DNA of 64,000 nucleotides, from NCBI GenBank assembly GCA_035295425.1, contig DATGJB010000003.1, forward strand, positions 213 through 64,212. Reading direction: 5' to 3'. Origin of the DNA: Chloroflexota bacterium. GTDB lineage: Bacteria > Chloroflexota > UBA5177. Numbering within the stretch: position 1 is the stretch's first letter; each line of letters opens with the position of its first letter. The position numbers and the translations under genes are program-made. Positions 1 to 10,621 of the stretch are shown here, one piece after another. The notes below the pieces were generated by a model. That model made no database searches and had not been told where the DNA came from. It saw nothing but the letters and a program-made list of their open reading frames with translations.

Positions 1-1610
1 TCGTAGCCCGCATCAGCGTGCCGCATCACACCGGTGCCCGGGTCCGACGTGAGCACCCGCTCCAGGCGATCGTCGGCCTCGGTGCTGCCGTCGGCCACGA
101 CGACCATGCCGGCGTGAATCGAGTAACCGATGCCGACCCCTCCGCCGTGGTGAAGCGATACCCAGGAAGCACCCGCAGCGGTGTTGACCAGCGCGTTGAG
201 GATCGGCCAGTCCGCGATCGCATCGCTGCCGTCGCGCATGCCCTCCGTCTCTCGATTTGGCGAGGCGACCGAACCACTGTCCAGATGGTCGCGGCCAATC
301 ACGATCGGGCCCCTCAGCTCGCCACGGCGCACCAGGTCGTTGAGCGCGAGGCCGAAGCGAGCCCGCTCGCCGTACCCTAGCCAACAGATACGAGCGGGCA
401 AGCCCTGAAACTGAACGCGCTCGCGAGCCATGGTGATCCAGCGGCGCAGTGCCCGGTCCTCGGGAAACAGCTCGAGGACGAGGTCATCGGTGCGGTAGAT
501 ATCCGCGGGATCCCCCGAGATCGCAACCCAGCGGAACGGTCCCTTACCTTCGCAAAAGAGCGGCCGGATGTACGCCGGGACGAATCCGGGGAAGGAAAAG
601 GCGTTGGCCAGACCCGCGTCCAGGGCCTGCTGCCGGATGTTGTTGCCGTAGTCGAAGGTGACAGCGCCGAGGCCCTCGAGCTCTACCATGGCTGCGACAT
701 GGCGCACAACGGTCTCGCGGGCGCGCCGCACGTACTCGTCGGGATCCGCCGCCCGGAGCGCCAGTGCCTCGCCGAGTGGAAGGCCAGCCGGCACATACCC
801 GCTCAGCAGATCGTGGGCCGATGTCTGGTCGGTGAGAATATCGGGCGTGCTGCCCCGGGAGAGCAGCGCCTCCAGCAGGTCCACTGCATTCGCGGCAACG
901 CCGATCGATCGCGATTCGCCATCTTCACATGCCTGCAACGCTCGGTCCACTGCTGGCTCGACTCCGTGAACATGTTCGTCGAGGTAGCGGCTTTCGAGGC
1001 GCCGTCTGATACGCTCCTCATCAACTTCGGCAACGAGCGCCACCCCTTCATTCATGGTCACTGCCAGAGGTTGCGCCCCCCCCATGCCGCCCAGTCCGGC
1101 GGTGACGACGAGTCGGCCCCGCAGACTTCCCCCGAAGTGCCGGCGAGCGACCTCAGCGAGCGTCTCGAAGGTGCCCTGCAGGATTCCCTGTGAGCCGATG
1201 TAGATCCAGCTTCCGGCCGTCATCTGGCCGTACATGGTGAGGCCGGCGCGCTCGTACTCGCGAAAGAGCTCCCACGTGGCCCAGGCGGGAACCAGCATGG
1301 AGTTTGAAATGAGAACCCTCGGGGCCATTGCGTGCGTGCGAAAAATGCCCACCGGTTTGCCGGACTGGATCAGGAGCGTCTCATCGTTTTCGAGCGAGTG
1401 CAAGCTGCGAACGATCGCATCGAATGCTTCCCAGCTCCGGGCGGCGCGCCCGGTGCCACCGTAGACGACGAGATCCGCTGGCCGTTCCGCGACGTCCGGA
1501 TCGAGATTGTTCATCAGCATCCGGAGCGCCGCTTCTTGCTGCCATCCTTTGCAAGACAGGTTCGGTCCGCGCGGCGCCCGAATGACGCGCGTGCCTTCCT
1601 GAATCGCCAT
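1..1610 (-). CDS. hutU: urocanate hydratase (urocanase); 5' portion, gene continues beyond left window edge
   Basis: Hand translation of the minus strand from ATG (revcomp of 1608-1610) gives [93 protein letters not shown]...[23 protein letters not shown]. This is the conserved urocanase N-terminus and [13 protein letters not shown]-site motif. RBS GGAG and an in-frame TAG lie just upstream. The frame stays open to position 1, which is presumably why the ORF track (closed ORFs only) does not list it. Confidence 0.85.
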   Translation of the reverse strand, partial: MAIQEGTRVIRAPRGPNLSCKGWQQEAALRMLMNNLDPDVAERPADLVVYGGTGRAARSWEAFDAIVRSLHSLENDETLLIQSGKPVGIFRTHAMAPRVLISNSMLVPAWATWELFREYERAGLTMYGQMTAGSWIYIGSQGILQGTFETLAEVARRHFGGSLRGRLVVTAGLGGMGGAQPLAVTMNEGVALVAEVDEERIRRRLESRYLDEHVHGVEPAVDRALQACEDGESRSIGVAANAVDLLEALLSRGSTPDILTDQTSAHDLLSGYVPAGLPLGEALALRAADPDEYVRRARETVVRHVAAMVELEGLGAVTFDYGNNIRQQALDAGLANAFSFPGFVPAYIRPLFCEGKGPFRWVAISGDPADIYRTDDLVLELFPEDRALRRWITMARERVQFQGLPARICWLGYGERARFGLALNDLVRRGELRGPIVIGRDHLDSGSVASPNRETEGMRDGSDAIADWPILNALVNTAAGASWVSLHHGGGVGIGYSIHAGMVVVADGSTEADDRLERVLTSDPGTGVMRHADAGY

Positions 1611-1621
1611 GGGCTCCTACC

Positions 1622-2089
1622 TCACGCACGCCGGCTGGGTCGCGAGCCCCACCGGACAATCGCGCCGACGATGTACGCGATCGAGGCAATGAGACCGATC
1701 CAGAGACCGAGGCCGCGGCTCAGTCCCTGGCATGCCTGGACGCAGCCGTACTTGCCCAGCTCGAACGTAAAAAGCAGCAGCAGGATGCCGCCCATCGTGA
1801 GGAACACCACCGGAGTGGCGAAGGGCAGCGGCGTCAGTCCGAAATCCGGCGCGAGAGCGGGATAGAAGACCAGGAAGATCGTCACCAGAAAGAAGATGAT
1901 CACAACAACGGCGGCAACCTCCGAGTACGCGAAGGCCCAGGTATCGCTATGTGACGTCAGACTGGTCGTGAACCATGGCAGGAACAGGCAGATAAATGTG
2001 AGAAGGGCCGACACCAACACAATGTAGTCGCCGATCGTGACGCGCTGAAGGTCGAAACGGCTTCGTCGCCGGGGCCGCACACTCCTCAT
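1622..2089 (-). CDS. hypothetical integral membrane protein (4-5 TM helices)
   Basis: ORF 1622..2179 (minus). Very hydrophobic segments (IVLVSALLTFICLFLPWF, VVIIFFLVTIFLVFYPAL, VVFLTMGGILLLLFTF). Start taken at the internal Met (MRSVRPRRR...) because the upstream extension is not hydrophobic. No recognised family. Confidence 0.4.
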   Translation of the reverse strand: MRSVRPRRRSRFDLQRVTIGDYIVLVSALLTFICLFLPWFTTSLTSHSDTWAFAYSEVAAVVVIIFFLVTIFLVFYPALAPDFGLTPLPFATPVVFLTMGGILLLLFTFELGKYGCVQACQGLSRGLGLWIGLIASIAYIVGAIVRWGSRPSRRA

Positions 2090-2509
2090 TCCCGCTCCTC
2101 CGTACTCAACCGGATCTCCATGCGCCACCACTTCCAGAGGCGAGGGCGCGCAGAGGGTAACTGACCGCGGCTGCCACAACCCGGGGTTCCTGCCTCTGGT
2201 AGTTTACAGCCCAACGGCCCGGAATCGCAGTCCGACAGGCGTTTGATGGTCCGGAGCCGTTAGCGCCTCGCGCATGACCCGGGCTCCGACCGAGTGATCG
2301 GGACCAAGCCAGGCGGCCAGTGCCGCGGAGGAGCATCCGCAGCGCCGGCGGCCGGGACCGGAAGAAAGAGCGGCGATCGGGACACGGCGGCCTGTGTGGT
2401 ACTGTGAAATTGACTTCCGGAAGCCTGCCACGCCCCGACACGCCTCAAGCGCTGTCGAGTAACCGGGGTACAAGTGCGAGCCGAGGCGCGACTCCGGACG
2501 GGAAGCCAG

Positions 2510-2866
2510 ATGATCCGCGATTACGTACCGTTACTCGTGCTGTCGATCGTCGCCGGCGGATTCGCCGCGACAAACGTGGTTGCAACGCTGTTGATCGGAC
2601 CATTCCGACCGACTCGGGAAAAGCTATCTCCCTACGAGTCCGGGATGACGGAGATCAGGCCTCCACGCGAGCGGTTTCCAATCAAGTTCTACGTCATCGC
2701 CATGTTGTTCCTGCTGTTCGATATCGAAGCGCTGTCGTTCTATCCATGGGCGATTTTGCTGCGTGCATTGAAGTTCACCGGATTCGTCGAGATGCTTATA
2801 TTCGTGGTGATATTGCTTGTGGGATTCGTTTATATCTGGCGTAAGGGAGCACTCAATTGGGAGTAA
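2510..2866 (+). CDS. nuoA: NADH-quinone oxidoreductase subunit A
   Basis: ORF 2474..2866. [18 protein letters not shown]...[16 protein letters not shown] matches the NuoA/ND3 signature. Start chosen at the second Met, giving the typical ~118 aa. Confidence 0.85.
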   Translation: MIRDYVPLLVLSIVAGGFAATNVVATLLIGPFRPTREKLSPYESGMTEIRPPRERFPIKFYVIAMLFLLFDIEALSFYPWAILLRALKFTGFVEMLIFVVILLVGFVYIWRKGALNWE

Positions 2867-3444
2867 ATGACGTTCCCGACCTGAGTGCCGGCACCTCGGT
2901 GCCGATCATCCAGGCTCGTTCGCTCCGGCCCCCGGGGGACACCGATTACATGCCGACCCAGGGCGGGGGCATCCTGACCACCACGGTCGAACAGATGGCG
3001 GCCTGGGGACGCGCAAACTCCATCTGGCCCGCGCTTTTCGGGTTGGCATGCTGTGCCATCGAGATGATGGCCATGAGCGCGCCGCGCTGGGATCTGGCCC
3101 GGTTCGGCGCCGAGGTGTTTCGCGCCTCACCCCGTCAATCTGATCTGATGATCGTGGCAGGCCGGTTGTCCACCAAGATGGCGCCCGTGCTCCGTCAGGT
3201 CTACGACCAGATGCCCGACCCGAAGTGGGTTATCAGCATGGGCGCCTGCGCGTCCACGGGCGGTGTGTTCAACAATTACGCGATCGTTCAGGGCGTTGAC
3301 CAGATTGTGCCTGTCGATGTTTATGTTCCGGGCTGCCCGCCCACGCCGGACATGTTGATGTACGGCTTCACCATGTTGCAGGACAAAATCAAGGCAGGTC
3401 TGCCCCCGGCGTCTGACGTCTATCTCAGCGGAAGAGGCGTCTAG
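2857..3444 (+). CDS. nuoB: NADH-quinone oxidoreductase subunit B (20 kDa, N2 Fe-S)
   Basis: [10 protein letters not shown]...CPPTPD...GCPP motifs of NuoB. TTG start overlaps the nuoA stop. Confidence 0.9.
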   Translation: MGVNDVPDLSAGTSVPIIQARSLRPPGDTDYMPTQGGGILTTTVEQMAAWGRANSIWPALFGLACCAIEMMAMSAPRWDLARFGAEVFRASPRQSDLMIVAGRLSTKMAPVLRQVYDQMPDPKWVISMGACASTGGVFNNYAIVQGVDQIVPVDVYVPGCPPTPDMLMYGFTMLQDKIKAGLPPASDVYLSGRGV

Positions 3445-3445
3445 G

Positions 3446-3931
3446 GTGAGGCCGGGCGACGCCGCGGAGGCGCTGCGCGAGCATTTCGGGGATACCGTCA
3501 CCGATGTATCACATTTTCGGGGGGAAGCAACGGCGCTCGTCGACCGAGTGGCGGTCGTGGACGTGGCAGGGTTCTGCAAGGAGGGACTGGGCTTCGACTT
3601 CCTGGTTGACCTGACGTGTGTGGACTGGCTCGACCGCGAGCCACGCTTCGACGTCGTGTACCACCTGCTGTCCTCCAGTGACTGGCAGCGGCTCCGTCTC
3701 AAGCTGCACACCGATCCCGATGTCTCGGTGCCGAGTGTAAGCGGCGTCTGGGGCGCGGCAAATTGGGCGGAACGCGAGGTGTTTGATCTCTTCGGCGTCG
3801 AGTTTGAGAATCATCCCGATCTGCGCCGGCTGCTCCTGCCAGACGGCTGGACCGGACATCCCCTGCGCAAGGACTATCCCCAATCGCAGATCACGCTGCC
3901 GCGGCCACGCGGCGACAAGACGTTTGAGTAG
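3446..3931 (+). CDS. nuoC: NADH-quinone oxidoreductase subunit C (30 kDa)
   Basis: ...VWGAANWAEREVFDLFGVEFENHPDLRRLLLPDGWTGHPLRKDYP is the NuoC signature. GTG start 2 nt after the nuoB stop. Not fused to nuoD. Confidence 0.85.
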   Translation: MRPGDAAEALREHFGDTVTDVSHFRGEATALVDRVAVVDVAGFCKEGLGFDFLVDLTCVDWLDREPRFDVVYHLLSSSDWQRLRLKLHTDPDVSVPSVSGVWGAANWAEREVFDLFGVEFENHPDLRRLLLPDGWTGHPLRKDYPQSQITLPRPRGDKTFE

Positions 3932-3938
3932 GACGACC

Positions 3939-5132
3939 ATGGTTGCGACAGAACAAACCGAGCGCCGCGGCGAGACCATGATTCTCAACATGGGCCCGCA
4001 GCATCCTTCGACTCACGGGGTACTGCGTCTGCTGCTGGAGCTTGACGGTGAGACTGTCATCAGTGTGACCCCGGACATCGGATACCTGCACACCGGCATC
4101 GAGAAGACCGGGGAGCGCCTGAAGTACCAACAGGCGATCACGCTTACGGACCGCATGGGATATCTCGACAACATGCTCGACGAGCTTGCCTACGTGCTCG
4201 CGGTGGAGAAGCTTCTCGGGATCGATGTGCCGGAGCGGGTGAAGTGGGTGCGAGTCCTCTTCTCGGAACTGGAGCGGATTTCCAGCCATTGTGTCTGGAT
4301 CGGCACGCATGCCCTCGACCTCGGCGCGCTGAGCATGTTCATGTACGCCTTCCGCGATCGCGAGATGGTGCTCGACATAAAAGAGCTGGTCAGCGGCGTG
4401 CGAATGATGACGAGCTACTTCCGTGTCGGCGGTCTCATGGCCGACCTGCCGGCCGACTTCGAGCCGAAGGTGCGTGAATTCCTGAGGACGATGCCGGGGC
4501 GTATCGACGATTACGAGGAGCTGCTCACGCGGAACGAGCTCTTCGTCGAGCGAACGAAGGGAATCGGCGTCATACCCACCGAAACCGCGATCAACATGGG
4601 ATGCTCCGGGCCGACTATTCGAGCTTCCGGACTTCCGTACGATCTGCGAAAACAGACCCCCTACTCGGGCTACGACAACTTCGACTTCGAGACGGTCCTG
4701 GGGCAAAACGGCGACGTCTACGATCGCTTCCTCTGCCGGGTCGGCGAAATGCGGCAGAGTCTTCGCATCGTGGAACAGGCGCTCGAGGGCATGCCCGACG
4801 GACCGTGGCGCATTGACGACCGGAAGATCGCGTATCCTCCCAAAGATGAGATCGTCACCAGCATGGAGTCGCTCATCCATCACTTCAAGCTCTTTACCGA
4901 GGGATTGAAGCCGCCGGCCGGCGAGGTTTACAACGCGATCGAGGGCGCGCGGGGCGAGATGGGTTACTACGTCGTGAGTGACGGCTCGGGTAAACCATAC
5001 CGGTTCCACATGCGGGCTCCTTCGTTCTACAACCTGCAGGCGCTGCCGCTGATGGCTCACCGCTATCTAGTCAGCGACATCATTGCAATCATCGGCAGCA
5101 TCGACATCGTACTGGGCGAGGTGGATCGATAG
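3939..5132 (+). CDS. nuoD: NADH-quinone oxidoreductase subunit D (49 kDa)
   Basis: ORF 3783..5132; ATG at 3939 lies 8 nt after the nuoC stop. ILNMGPQHPSTHGVLRL...RAPSFYNLQAL...VLGEVDR is the NuoD/NiFe-hydrogenase-large-subunit-like fold. Confidence 0.9.
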   Translation: MVATEQTERRGETMILNMGPQHPSTHGVLRLLLELDGETVISVTPDIGYLHTGIEKTGERLKYQQAITLTDRMGYLDNMLDELAYVLAVEKLLGIDVPERVKWVRVLFSELERISSHCVWIGTHALDLGALSMFMYAFRDREMVLDIKELVSGVRMMTSYFRVGGLMADLPADFEPKVREFLRTMPGRIDDYEELLTRNELFVERTKGIGVIPTETAINMGCSGPTIRASGLPYDLRKQTPYSGYDNFDFETVLGQNGDVYDRFLCRVGEMRQSLRIVEQALEGMPDGPWRIDDRKIAYPPKDEIVTSMESLIHHFKLFTEGLKPPAGEVYNAIEGARGEMGYYVVSDGSGKPYRFHMRAPSFYNLQALPLMAHRYLVSDIIAIIGSIDIVLGEVDR

Positions 5133-5134
5133 CG

Positions 5135-5683
5135 ATGGGCGTCCTGTCCAATGAGGCAATCGACCGGATCGCACGGTACAAAGAGCGCTACCCCGATGCG
5201 CGGTCTGCGCTGCTTCCGGCGCTCCACGTGGGCCAGAATGAAGTGGGTTGGGTCAGTCCGCAGGTGATGGAGGAAGTGGGGCAACTGCTCGGCGTCGCCA
5301 CCGATCAGGTCGAAGAGGTCGCCTCTTTCTACTCCATGCTCTACACCGAACCAGTCGGGACGTATGTGCTCGAGGTCTGTAAGACGGCGCCGTGTTCGTT
5401 CCTGGGCGCCGACGAGATCATCGATTACATCTCGCAGCGGCTCGGCATTCAACCCGGCCAGACAACCGCCGACGGAATGTTCACGCTGTTCCGGGTGGAG
5501 TGCCTGGCGGCCTGCCACCGGGCGCCGGTGATGCAGGCCAATCACCGGTACGTTCAGGACCTGACGCGAGAGAAGATTGACGCGTTCATCGACGAAGCAC
5601 GACGACAGCAGAGTGAAGCAATCAGCGCCCCCGGTTTCGAGATGCGGCGAGCGCGTTCGGAAAGCGTGATGGCGGACCAGTAA
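5135..5683 (+). CDS. nuoE: NADH-quinone oxidoreductase subunit E (24 kDa, 2Fe-2S)
   Basis: Cys pattern C..C...C...C (VCKTAPCSF...ECLAACHRAP) and N-terminal YPDARSALLPALH motif typical of NuoE. Confidence 0.85.
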   Translation: MGVLSNEAIDRIARYKERYPDARSALLPALHVGQNEVGWVSPQVMEEVGQLLGVATDQVEEVASFYSMLYTEPVGTYVLEVCKTAPCSFLGADEIIDYISQRLGIQPGQTTADGMFTLFRVECLAACHRAPVMQANHRYVQDLTREKIDAFIDEARRQQSEAISAPGFEMRRARSESVMADQ

Positions 5684-6967
5684 ATGGAACCAGTTCTTTT
5701 TCAACACACCGTCGTACCCGACATCAATCGAATCGACGTCTACAGCGACTACCACGGTTACGAGGCGCTGCGGAAGGCCGTCACCGAGATGGATCCGCAG
5801 AGTGTGATTCAGGTAGTGTCGGATTCCGGTCTGGCCGGGCGCGGCGGCGCCGCGTTCCCAACCGGCCGAAAGTGGAGCTTCATCCCTAAAGGCGTCGTGC
5901 CCACCTACCTTGCAGTCAACGGCGACGAAAGCGAGCCCGGCGCCTTCAAGGATCGGGAGTTGATGGAGCGGAACCCGCACCAGCTGCTGGAGGGCGCCGC
6001 AATCGCCGCGTTTGCCATCAACTGCCGCCAGGCGTTCATCTACATCCGCGGCGAGTACCTATACATCGGAGAGATCCTCGACCAGGCCATTGCCGATGCG
6101 CGGGCGAAGGGCTATCTCGGCGACAACATCTTCGGATCCGGGTACAGCCTCGACATCGTCGTACACCGCGGCGCAGGGGCGTACATCTGCGGCGACGAGA
6201 CTGCGATGCTCGATTCGCTGGAGGGTTATCGTGGGTTCCCACGGCTAAAGCCGCCTTTCCCTGCCATCAAGGGTCTCTACGGTCAGCCCACGGTCATCAA
6301 CAACGTCGAAACACTGTCCAACGTTCCGCACATCGTGCGCAACGGGGCCGAGTGGTACAGGTCGTACGGCACCAAGGACAGCCCGGGCACGAAGATTTGT
6401 TCGATCAGCGGACCCGTCAACCGGCCGGGGAACTACGAAGTGAACATGGGAACGCCGTTTCGCGTCCTTCTCGACGACATGGCCGGAGGACTGCGCGACG
6501 GGAAAAAGCTCAAGGCATACATCCCGGGAGGGGCATCCGCGCCGATGCTGCCCAACACCGAGCAAACGCTTGACGTACCGATGTCCTACGAAGGCTACCG
6601 GAGCGTGGGGTCGCAGTTCGGCTCGGCGAGCTTCATCATCATCCCGGACGACGTCTGCATCCTGCAGGCACAATTGCGCCTGAGCGAGTTTTTCGCGCAT
6701 GAGTCTTGCGGCAAGTGCATCCCGTGTCGGGAGGGTACCCCCTGGATGGCAAAGACGGTTCGTCGCATCGAGGAGGGCCGTGGCCGGGAAGACGACGTGC
6801 CGCTCCTGCTTGATATCTGTGACAACATTCTGGGCCGTTCCTTCTGCCCGCTGGGCGACTTCTCGACGTCGAACATCGTGGCGTCCATCAAGCACTTCCG
6901 GCACGAATACGAACACCACATCCGGGAACGCGGCTGTCCGTACCGGCGGGCGGCTGCTGTCGCCTGA
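5684..6967 (+). CDS. nuoF: NADH-quinone oxidoreductase subunit F (51 kDa, FMN/NADH)
   Basis: GRGGAAFPTGRKW (FMN site), GAGAYICGDETAM, CGKCIPCREG (4Fe-4S) motifs. ATG 1 nt after the nuoE stop. Confidence 0.9.
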   Translation: MEPVLFQHTVVPDINRIDVYSDYHGYEALRKAVTEMDPQSVIQVVSDSGLAGRGGAAFPTGRKWSFIPKGVVPTYLAVNGDESEPGAFKDRELMERNPHQLLEGAAIAAFAINCRQAFIYIRGEYLYIGEILDQAIADARAKGYLGDNIFGSGYSLDIVVHRGAGAYICGDETAMLDSLEGYRGFPRLKPPFPAIKGLYGQPTVINNVETLSNVPHIVRNGAEWYRSYGTKDSPGTKICSISGPVNRPGNYEVNMGTPFRVLLDDMAGGLRDGKKLKAYIPGGASAPMLPNTEQTLDVPMSYEGYRSVGSQFGSASFIIIPDDVCILQAQLRLSEFFAHESCGKCIPCREGTPWMAKTVRRIEEGRGREDDVPLLLDICDNILGRSFCPLGDFSTSNIVASIKHFRHEYEHHIRERGCPYRRAAAVA

Positions 6968-7000
6968 GCCGAGGTGGCGGCCGAACCAGCAAGACTCTAG

Positions 7001-9001
7001 ATGGAGAACTTCGTGGAAGACCTGGTGACAATCACCGTGGACGGGCGACAGATCAGAGCGCCGAAAGGATCCCTGCTCTGGGAGGTCTGCCGCTCGCACG
7101 GGATTGATGTGCCCATATTTTGCTACCACACCAAGCTCGGTCCCGTCGGCGCCTGCAGAACGTGCCTGGTTGAGCTCCAGGGAGCCAAGGGTCCGATCAC
7201 GGCATGCACCACGCCGGTGGCGGAAGGAATGGTCGTGCGTACGCGAAGCCCCATTGCGGAAAAGGCGCAACGCGGGATATTCGAGTTTCTGCTGGCCAAC
7301 CACCCACTTGACTGTCCGATCTGTGACCGCGGCGGAGAGTGCCCGCTGCAAGATCAGACCTTCGCCTTCGGGCCCGGAACCAGCCGGTACGTTGAGCCCA
7401 AGCGTCACCACGTGAAGCCGATCGCCCTCGGCCCGACCATTGCGCTCGACCGAGAACGGTGTGTCCTGTGCTGGCGCTGCGTACGGTTCTGCGCGGACGT
7501 CGCCGAAGACAAGTCGATCATCTTGCTGGACCGAGGGGATCACACGGTGGTCGGCACGTACCAGGACCAACCGTACGTCTCGAATTTTTCCGGAAACGTC
7601 ATCGAGCTTTGTCCGGTGGGGGCGCTGACGAGCCGTAAGCAACGGTTCAACTACCGCCCCTGGGAGCTGCAAAATCGGCCGAGCGTCTGCCCGCACTGCC
7701 CCATGGGGTGCAACATTAACGTCTCGGTGCGGAAGAACGACGAGGTCATCCGGTTTCTCTCGCGCGACAATCCGGAGGTCGACGACAGCTGGTTGTGCGA
7801 TCGAGGTCGATTCGGTTTCGAGTTCATCAATAGCCCACAGCGTCTGGGCTCGCCGCTGCTGCGGGAGGGAAATGCGTTCGTAGAGAGCTCCTGGGAGGAC
7901 GCGCTCGGGTTCATCCATCGGCGGATCGCTACGATTCTGGAAGAGGATGGCCCCGACTCGATCGCGGGCCTGGCGGGTCCGCGGCTGAGCAACGAAGATC
8001 TCTTCACCTTCCGCCGCTTTATGACCGATGTGATCGGCAGCGCCTGGTACGACCACTACCCCCGGCCCGCCCTACTCGCTTCGCCCGAGCAGCGAGACCG
8101 CTTCCGCTCACTCGATCGAACCCTTGCCTCGATCTCGGATCTCGATCGCGCCCGCACTATCCTGCTCCTCGGCGCCGACCCGAGCACGCGCGCACCGGTG
8201 TTGGAGCTGCGTATTCGGAAGGCGGTGAATCAGCATGGGGCTCGGCTGGTGGTGCTGTCGGACGGGGACGTAGCACTGAATGCGAAGGCCGCTGCGGCGG
8301 TGCCTATCGCGACGGTCGGGCTGGCGCAGGCGGTGCGCGCCCTTGCCGGCAATCGGGACATGGCGGAGAAGTACTTCACCGAGGGGCCGGTGGTGGTCAT
8401 CTATGACGACTCCCGGTGGAGCGCGGGCGAGCTGGAAGAGGTGACGGGGCTCATTGAGGGGGTGCGGGGCAGGTGCGAGGTCTGCACACTGCCCCTGCTT
8501 GACGCCTGTAACTCGATGGGCGCGCGCGACCTCGGACTCCACATAGACTCAAAGACCGGCCTGGCGGAGAGAATCGGAGCGGGCCGGTCTCCTTTTCGAG
8601 CCCTTCTTCTACTCGGCACCGACCCCTCGGAGCCCGGCCGTCGCTGGACAAGACCGCCCGGCCTCGAGCTCCTCGTAGTGCAGGAGTTGTTCATGACTCC
8701 GGCCGCCGCGCAGGCGGATGTCGTACTGCCGGCCGCCAGCTTTGCCGAGAAGAGCGGGACCTTCACCAATCTCGAGAGACGAATTCAGTCGCTGGTGCCG
8801 GCGGTCCCTCCCCCAGGAATCGCGCGGCCAGATTGGGAGATCCTGGTTGATCTCTCGCAATACTTCGAGCATCGTCTGGACTATACGTCCGCGGAGCGGG
8901 TGTGGGACGATATCGCGCGTTCAGTGCCGGCGTACGGTAACGTGGCGTTTCAGGACCTCGGGCCGTGGGGCGTGCGCCCCGGGGCGCTACAACCGGTGTA
9001 G
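7001..9001 (+). CDS. nuoG: NADH-quinone oxidoreductase subunit G (75 kDa)
   Basis: N-terminal 2Fe-2S ferredoxin and 4Fe-4S Cys clusters (CYHTKLGPVGACRTC, HPLDCPICDRGGECPLQ, CVLCWRCVRFC), followed by a molybdopterin-oxidoreductase-like domain. 666 aa is short but acceptable for NuoG. Confidence 0.85.
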   Translation: MENFVEDLVTITVDGRQIRAPKGSLLWEVCRSHGIDVPIFCYHTKLGPVGACRTCLVELQGAKGPITACTTPVAEGMVVRTRSPIAEKAQRGIFEFLLANHPLDCPICDRGGECPLQDQTFAFGPGTSRYVEPKRHHVKPIALGPTIALDRERCVLCWRCVRFCADVAEDKSIILLDRGDHTVVGTYQDQPYVSNFSGNVIELCPVGALTSRKQRFNYRPWELQNRPSVCPHCPMGCNINVSVRKNDEVIRFLSRDNPEVDDSWLCDRGRFGFEFINSPQRLGSPLLREGNAFVESSWEDALGFIHRRIATILEEDGPDSIAGLAGPRLSNEDLFTFRRFMTDVIGSAWYDHYPRPALLASPEQRDRFRSLDRTLASISDLDRARTILLLGADPSTRAPVLELRIRKAVNQHGARLVVLSDGDVALNAKAAAAVPIATVGLAQAVRALAGNRDMAEKYFTEGPVVVIYDDSRWSAGELEEVTGLIEGVRGRCEVCTLPLLDACNSMGARDLGLHIDSKTGLAERIGAGRSPFRALLLLGTDPSEPGRRWTRPPGLELLVVQELFMTPAAAQADVVLPAASFAEKSGTFTNLERRIQSLVPAVPPPGIARPDWEILVDLSQYFEHRLDYTSAERVWDDIARSVPAYGNVAFQDLGPWGVRPGALQPV

Positions 9002-9018
9002 CTCGGAGGAGTGCTACC

Positions 9019-10089
9019 GTGACGCTGCTTGTCCTCGGCATCCCGGGCCCGAACGACGCCGTCGATCTCGTGATCGAGTCGGTTGTCAAGAGCGTGATAG
9101 CCCTCGCGTTTTTGATGGGCGCATTCGGCTATCTCACTCTTGCCGAGCGCAAGATCCTGGGCAGGATGCAGTCCCGTTATGGGCCCAACCGCGTCGGACC
9201 ATTCGGCCTCCTGCAGCCGCTCGCCGACGGGCTGAAGCTGCTATTGAAAGAACAGGTAACTCCGCGCGAGGTGAAGACTGTTGTCTACCTGCTAGGTCCG
9301 GCGATCTCGCTGTTCGTTGCCTTCATGGCGTTCGCCATCATCCCGGTTGGGCCCAGCTTCTACCTCTGGGGCCATCAGCGGACGATGGCAATCGCCAACG
9401 TCAACGTCGGTATGCTTTACCTTCTTGCAGTCCTGTCACTTGGCGTGTACGGAATCGTGCTCGGGGCGTGGGGCTCGAGCAATCGGTATTCGTTGCTCGG
9501 AGGCCTTCGCTCGAGCGCGCAGATGATCTCGTACGAGCTCGCGCTCGGGCTGTCGCTTGTGTCGGTGGTCGTGCTGGCCGGGACGTTGAGCCCGATCGGG
9601 ATCGTACTGGCGCAGAACCATCATCCCCTGACGTGGTTTGTCCTCCTCCAGCCGGTAGGGTTCTTGCTGTTCGCGGTCGGAGGCTTTGCCGAAACCAATC
9701 GCGCGCCATTTGACCTTGCCGAAGCCGAACAAGAGCTGGTGGCGGGTTATCACACTGAATACGCGGGTATGCGCTTCGCGCTTTACTTCGCCGCCGAGTA
9801 CATCAACATGGTCACGGTGAGCGCACTCGTGACCACCCTGTTCCTGGGCGGCTGGGTGTTCGTCGGCAACGGCATCTTCTTTAACATCACGCAGGCCCCC
9901 TGGGCCCAGCTCATCGGTGTCTTCTGGTTTCTCGCGAAGTGCGCCATGTTCCTCTTCCTCTACATCTGGGTGCGCGCGACGCTCCCGCGCATTCGGTACG
10001 ACCAGCTCATGTGGTTCGGGTGGAAGGTCCTCCTGCCCGCCTCGGTGCTGAACCTTTTGGTGACCGCGCTTTACGTTTCTTTAAGCTGA
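9019..10089 (+). CDS. nuoH: NADH-quinone oxidoreductase subunit H
   Basis: ORF 8965..10089. GTG at 9019 preceded by GGAGGA at 9005-9010. Conserved LAERKILGRMQSRYGPNRVGPFGLLQP... and multiple TM helices. Confidence 0.9.
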   Translation: MTLLVLGIPGPNDAVDLVIESVVKSVIALAFLMGAFGYLTLAERKILGRMQSRYGPNRVGPFGLLQPLADGLKLLLKEQVTPREVKTVVYLLGPAISLFVAFMAFAIIPVGPSFYLWGHQRTMAIANVNVGMLYLLAVLSLGVYGIVLGAWGSSNRYSLLGGLRSSAQMISYELALGLSLVSVVVLAGTLSPIGIVLAQNHHPLTWFVLLQPVGFLLFAVGGFAETNRAPFDLAEAEQELVAGYHTEYAGMRFALYFAAEYINMVTVSALVTTLFLGGWVFVGNGIFFNITQAPWAQLIGVFWFLAKCAMFLFLYIWVRATLPRIRYDQLMWFGWKVLLPASVLNLLVTALYVSLS

Positions 10090-10135
10090 TGGAGAGAGCG
10101 GCGTCGCCGGACGCTGCCTCGCAGGAGAGATACCC

Positions 10136-10582
10136 TTGGCAATACTCGAATTCGCGCGCGGCCTTGGTGTCACCTTCAAGAACATGCTCCGGCCGCCTGT
10201 CACAATCCAGTACCCGCGTGAGCGACGCACGCTGCCTGAGCGCACTCGGGGACGCCACATGTTGCACCGCTACGAGAACAACCTCGAACGCTGCATCGGC
10301 TGCTACCTCTGTGCGGGGGCGTGCCCGGCCGACTGCATTTACATCGAGGCCGAGGAGAATACCCCGGAAAATCGCGTGTCGGCGGGCGAGCGATATGCCC
10401 GTGTCTACGAGATCGACATGCTTCGCTGCATCTTTTGCGGCTTCTGCGAGGAGGCGTGTCCGACCGGAGCTATCACGCTGGAGCCGATTCTGGACATCTC
10501 GGATTACCACCGCCGCCCGTTGATTTACACCAAGGACATGTTGCTCGAGCCCCCTCGCGATCTGGAGAGTCTTCCCGCCTGA
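10136..10582 (+). CDS. nuoI: NADH-quinone oxidoreductase subunit I (2x4Fe-4S)
   Basis: Two CxxCxxCxxxCP motifs (CIGCYLCAGACP, CIFCGFCEEACP). Confidence 0.9.
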   Translation: MAILEFARGLGVTFKNMLRPPVTIQYPRERRTLPERTRGRHMLHRYENNLERCIGCYLCAGACPADCIYIEAEENTPENRVSAGERYARVYEIDMLRCIFCGFCEEACPTGAITLEPILDISDYHRRPLIYTKDMLLEPPRDLESLPA

Positions 10583-10621
10583 ACACCCGAATCAACCAGC
10601 ACAGGGAAGGAGTGCGCATCG

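Noticed and set aside
1-1610. Suspected hutU pseudogene, with apparent frameshifts near 1380 and in the C8 homopolymer at 1076-1083
   Set aside because: On careful recount against the printed sequence and cross-check with the track translations, the reading frame is continuous from the ATG at 1610 to position 1. The earlier 'frameshifts' were my own transcription errors. The gene is simply cut by the window edge and therefore missing from the closed-ORF track.
699-1865. Plus-strand ORFs 699..1193 and 1332..1865, plus several shorter ones, over the hutU region
   Set aside because: They are antisense/out-of-frame to a clearly conserved urocanase reading frame. They are typical high-GC spurious ORFs.
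3891-5060. 389-aa minus-strand ORF antisense to nuoD
   Set aside because: Arg/Ala/Pro-rich composition typical of antisense frames in GC-rich DNA. The sense strand encodes a perfectly conserved NuoD.
6245-8056. 603-aa minus-strand ORF antisense to nuoF/nuoG
   Set aside because: Same reasoning. Both sense genes carry unmistakable Fe-S/FMN motifs.
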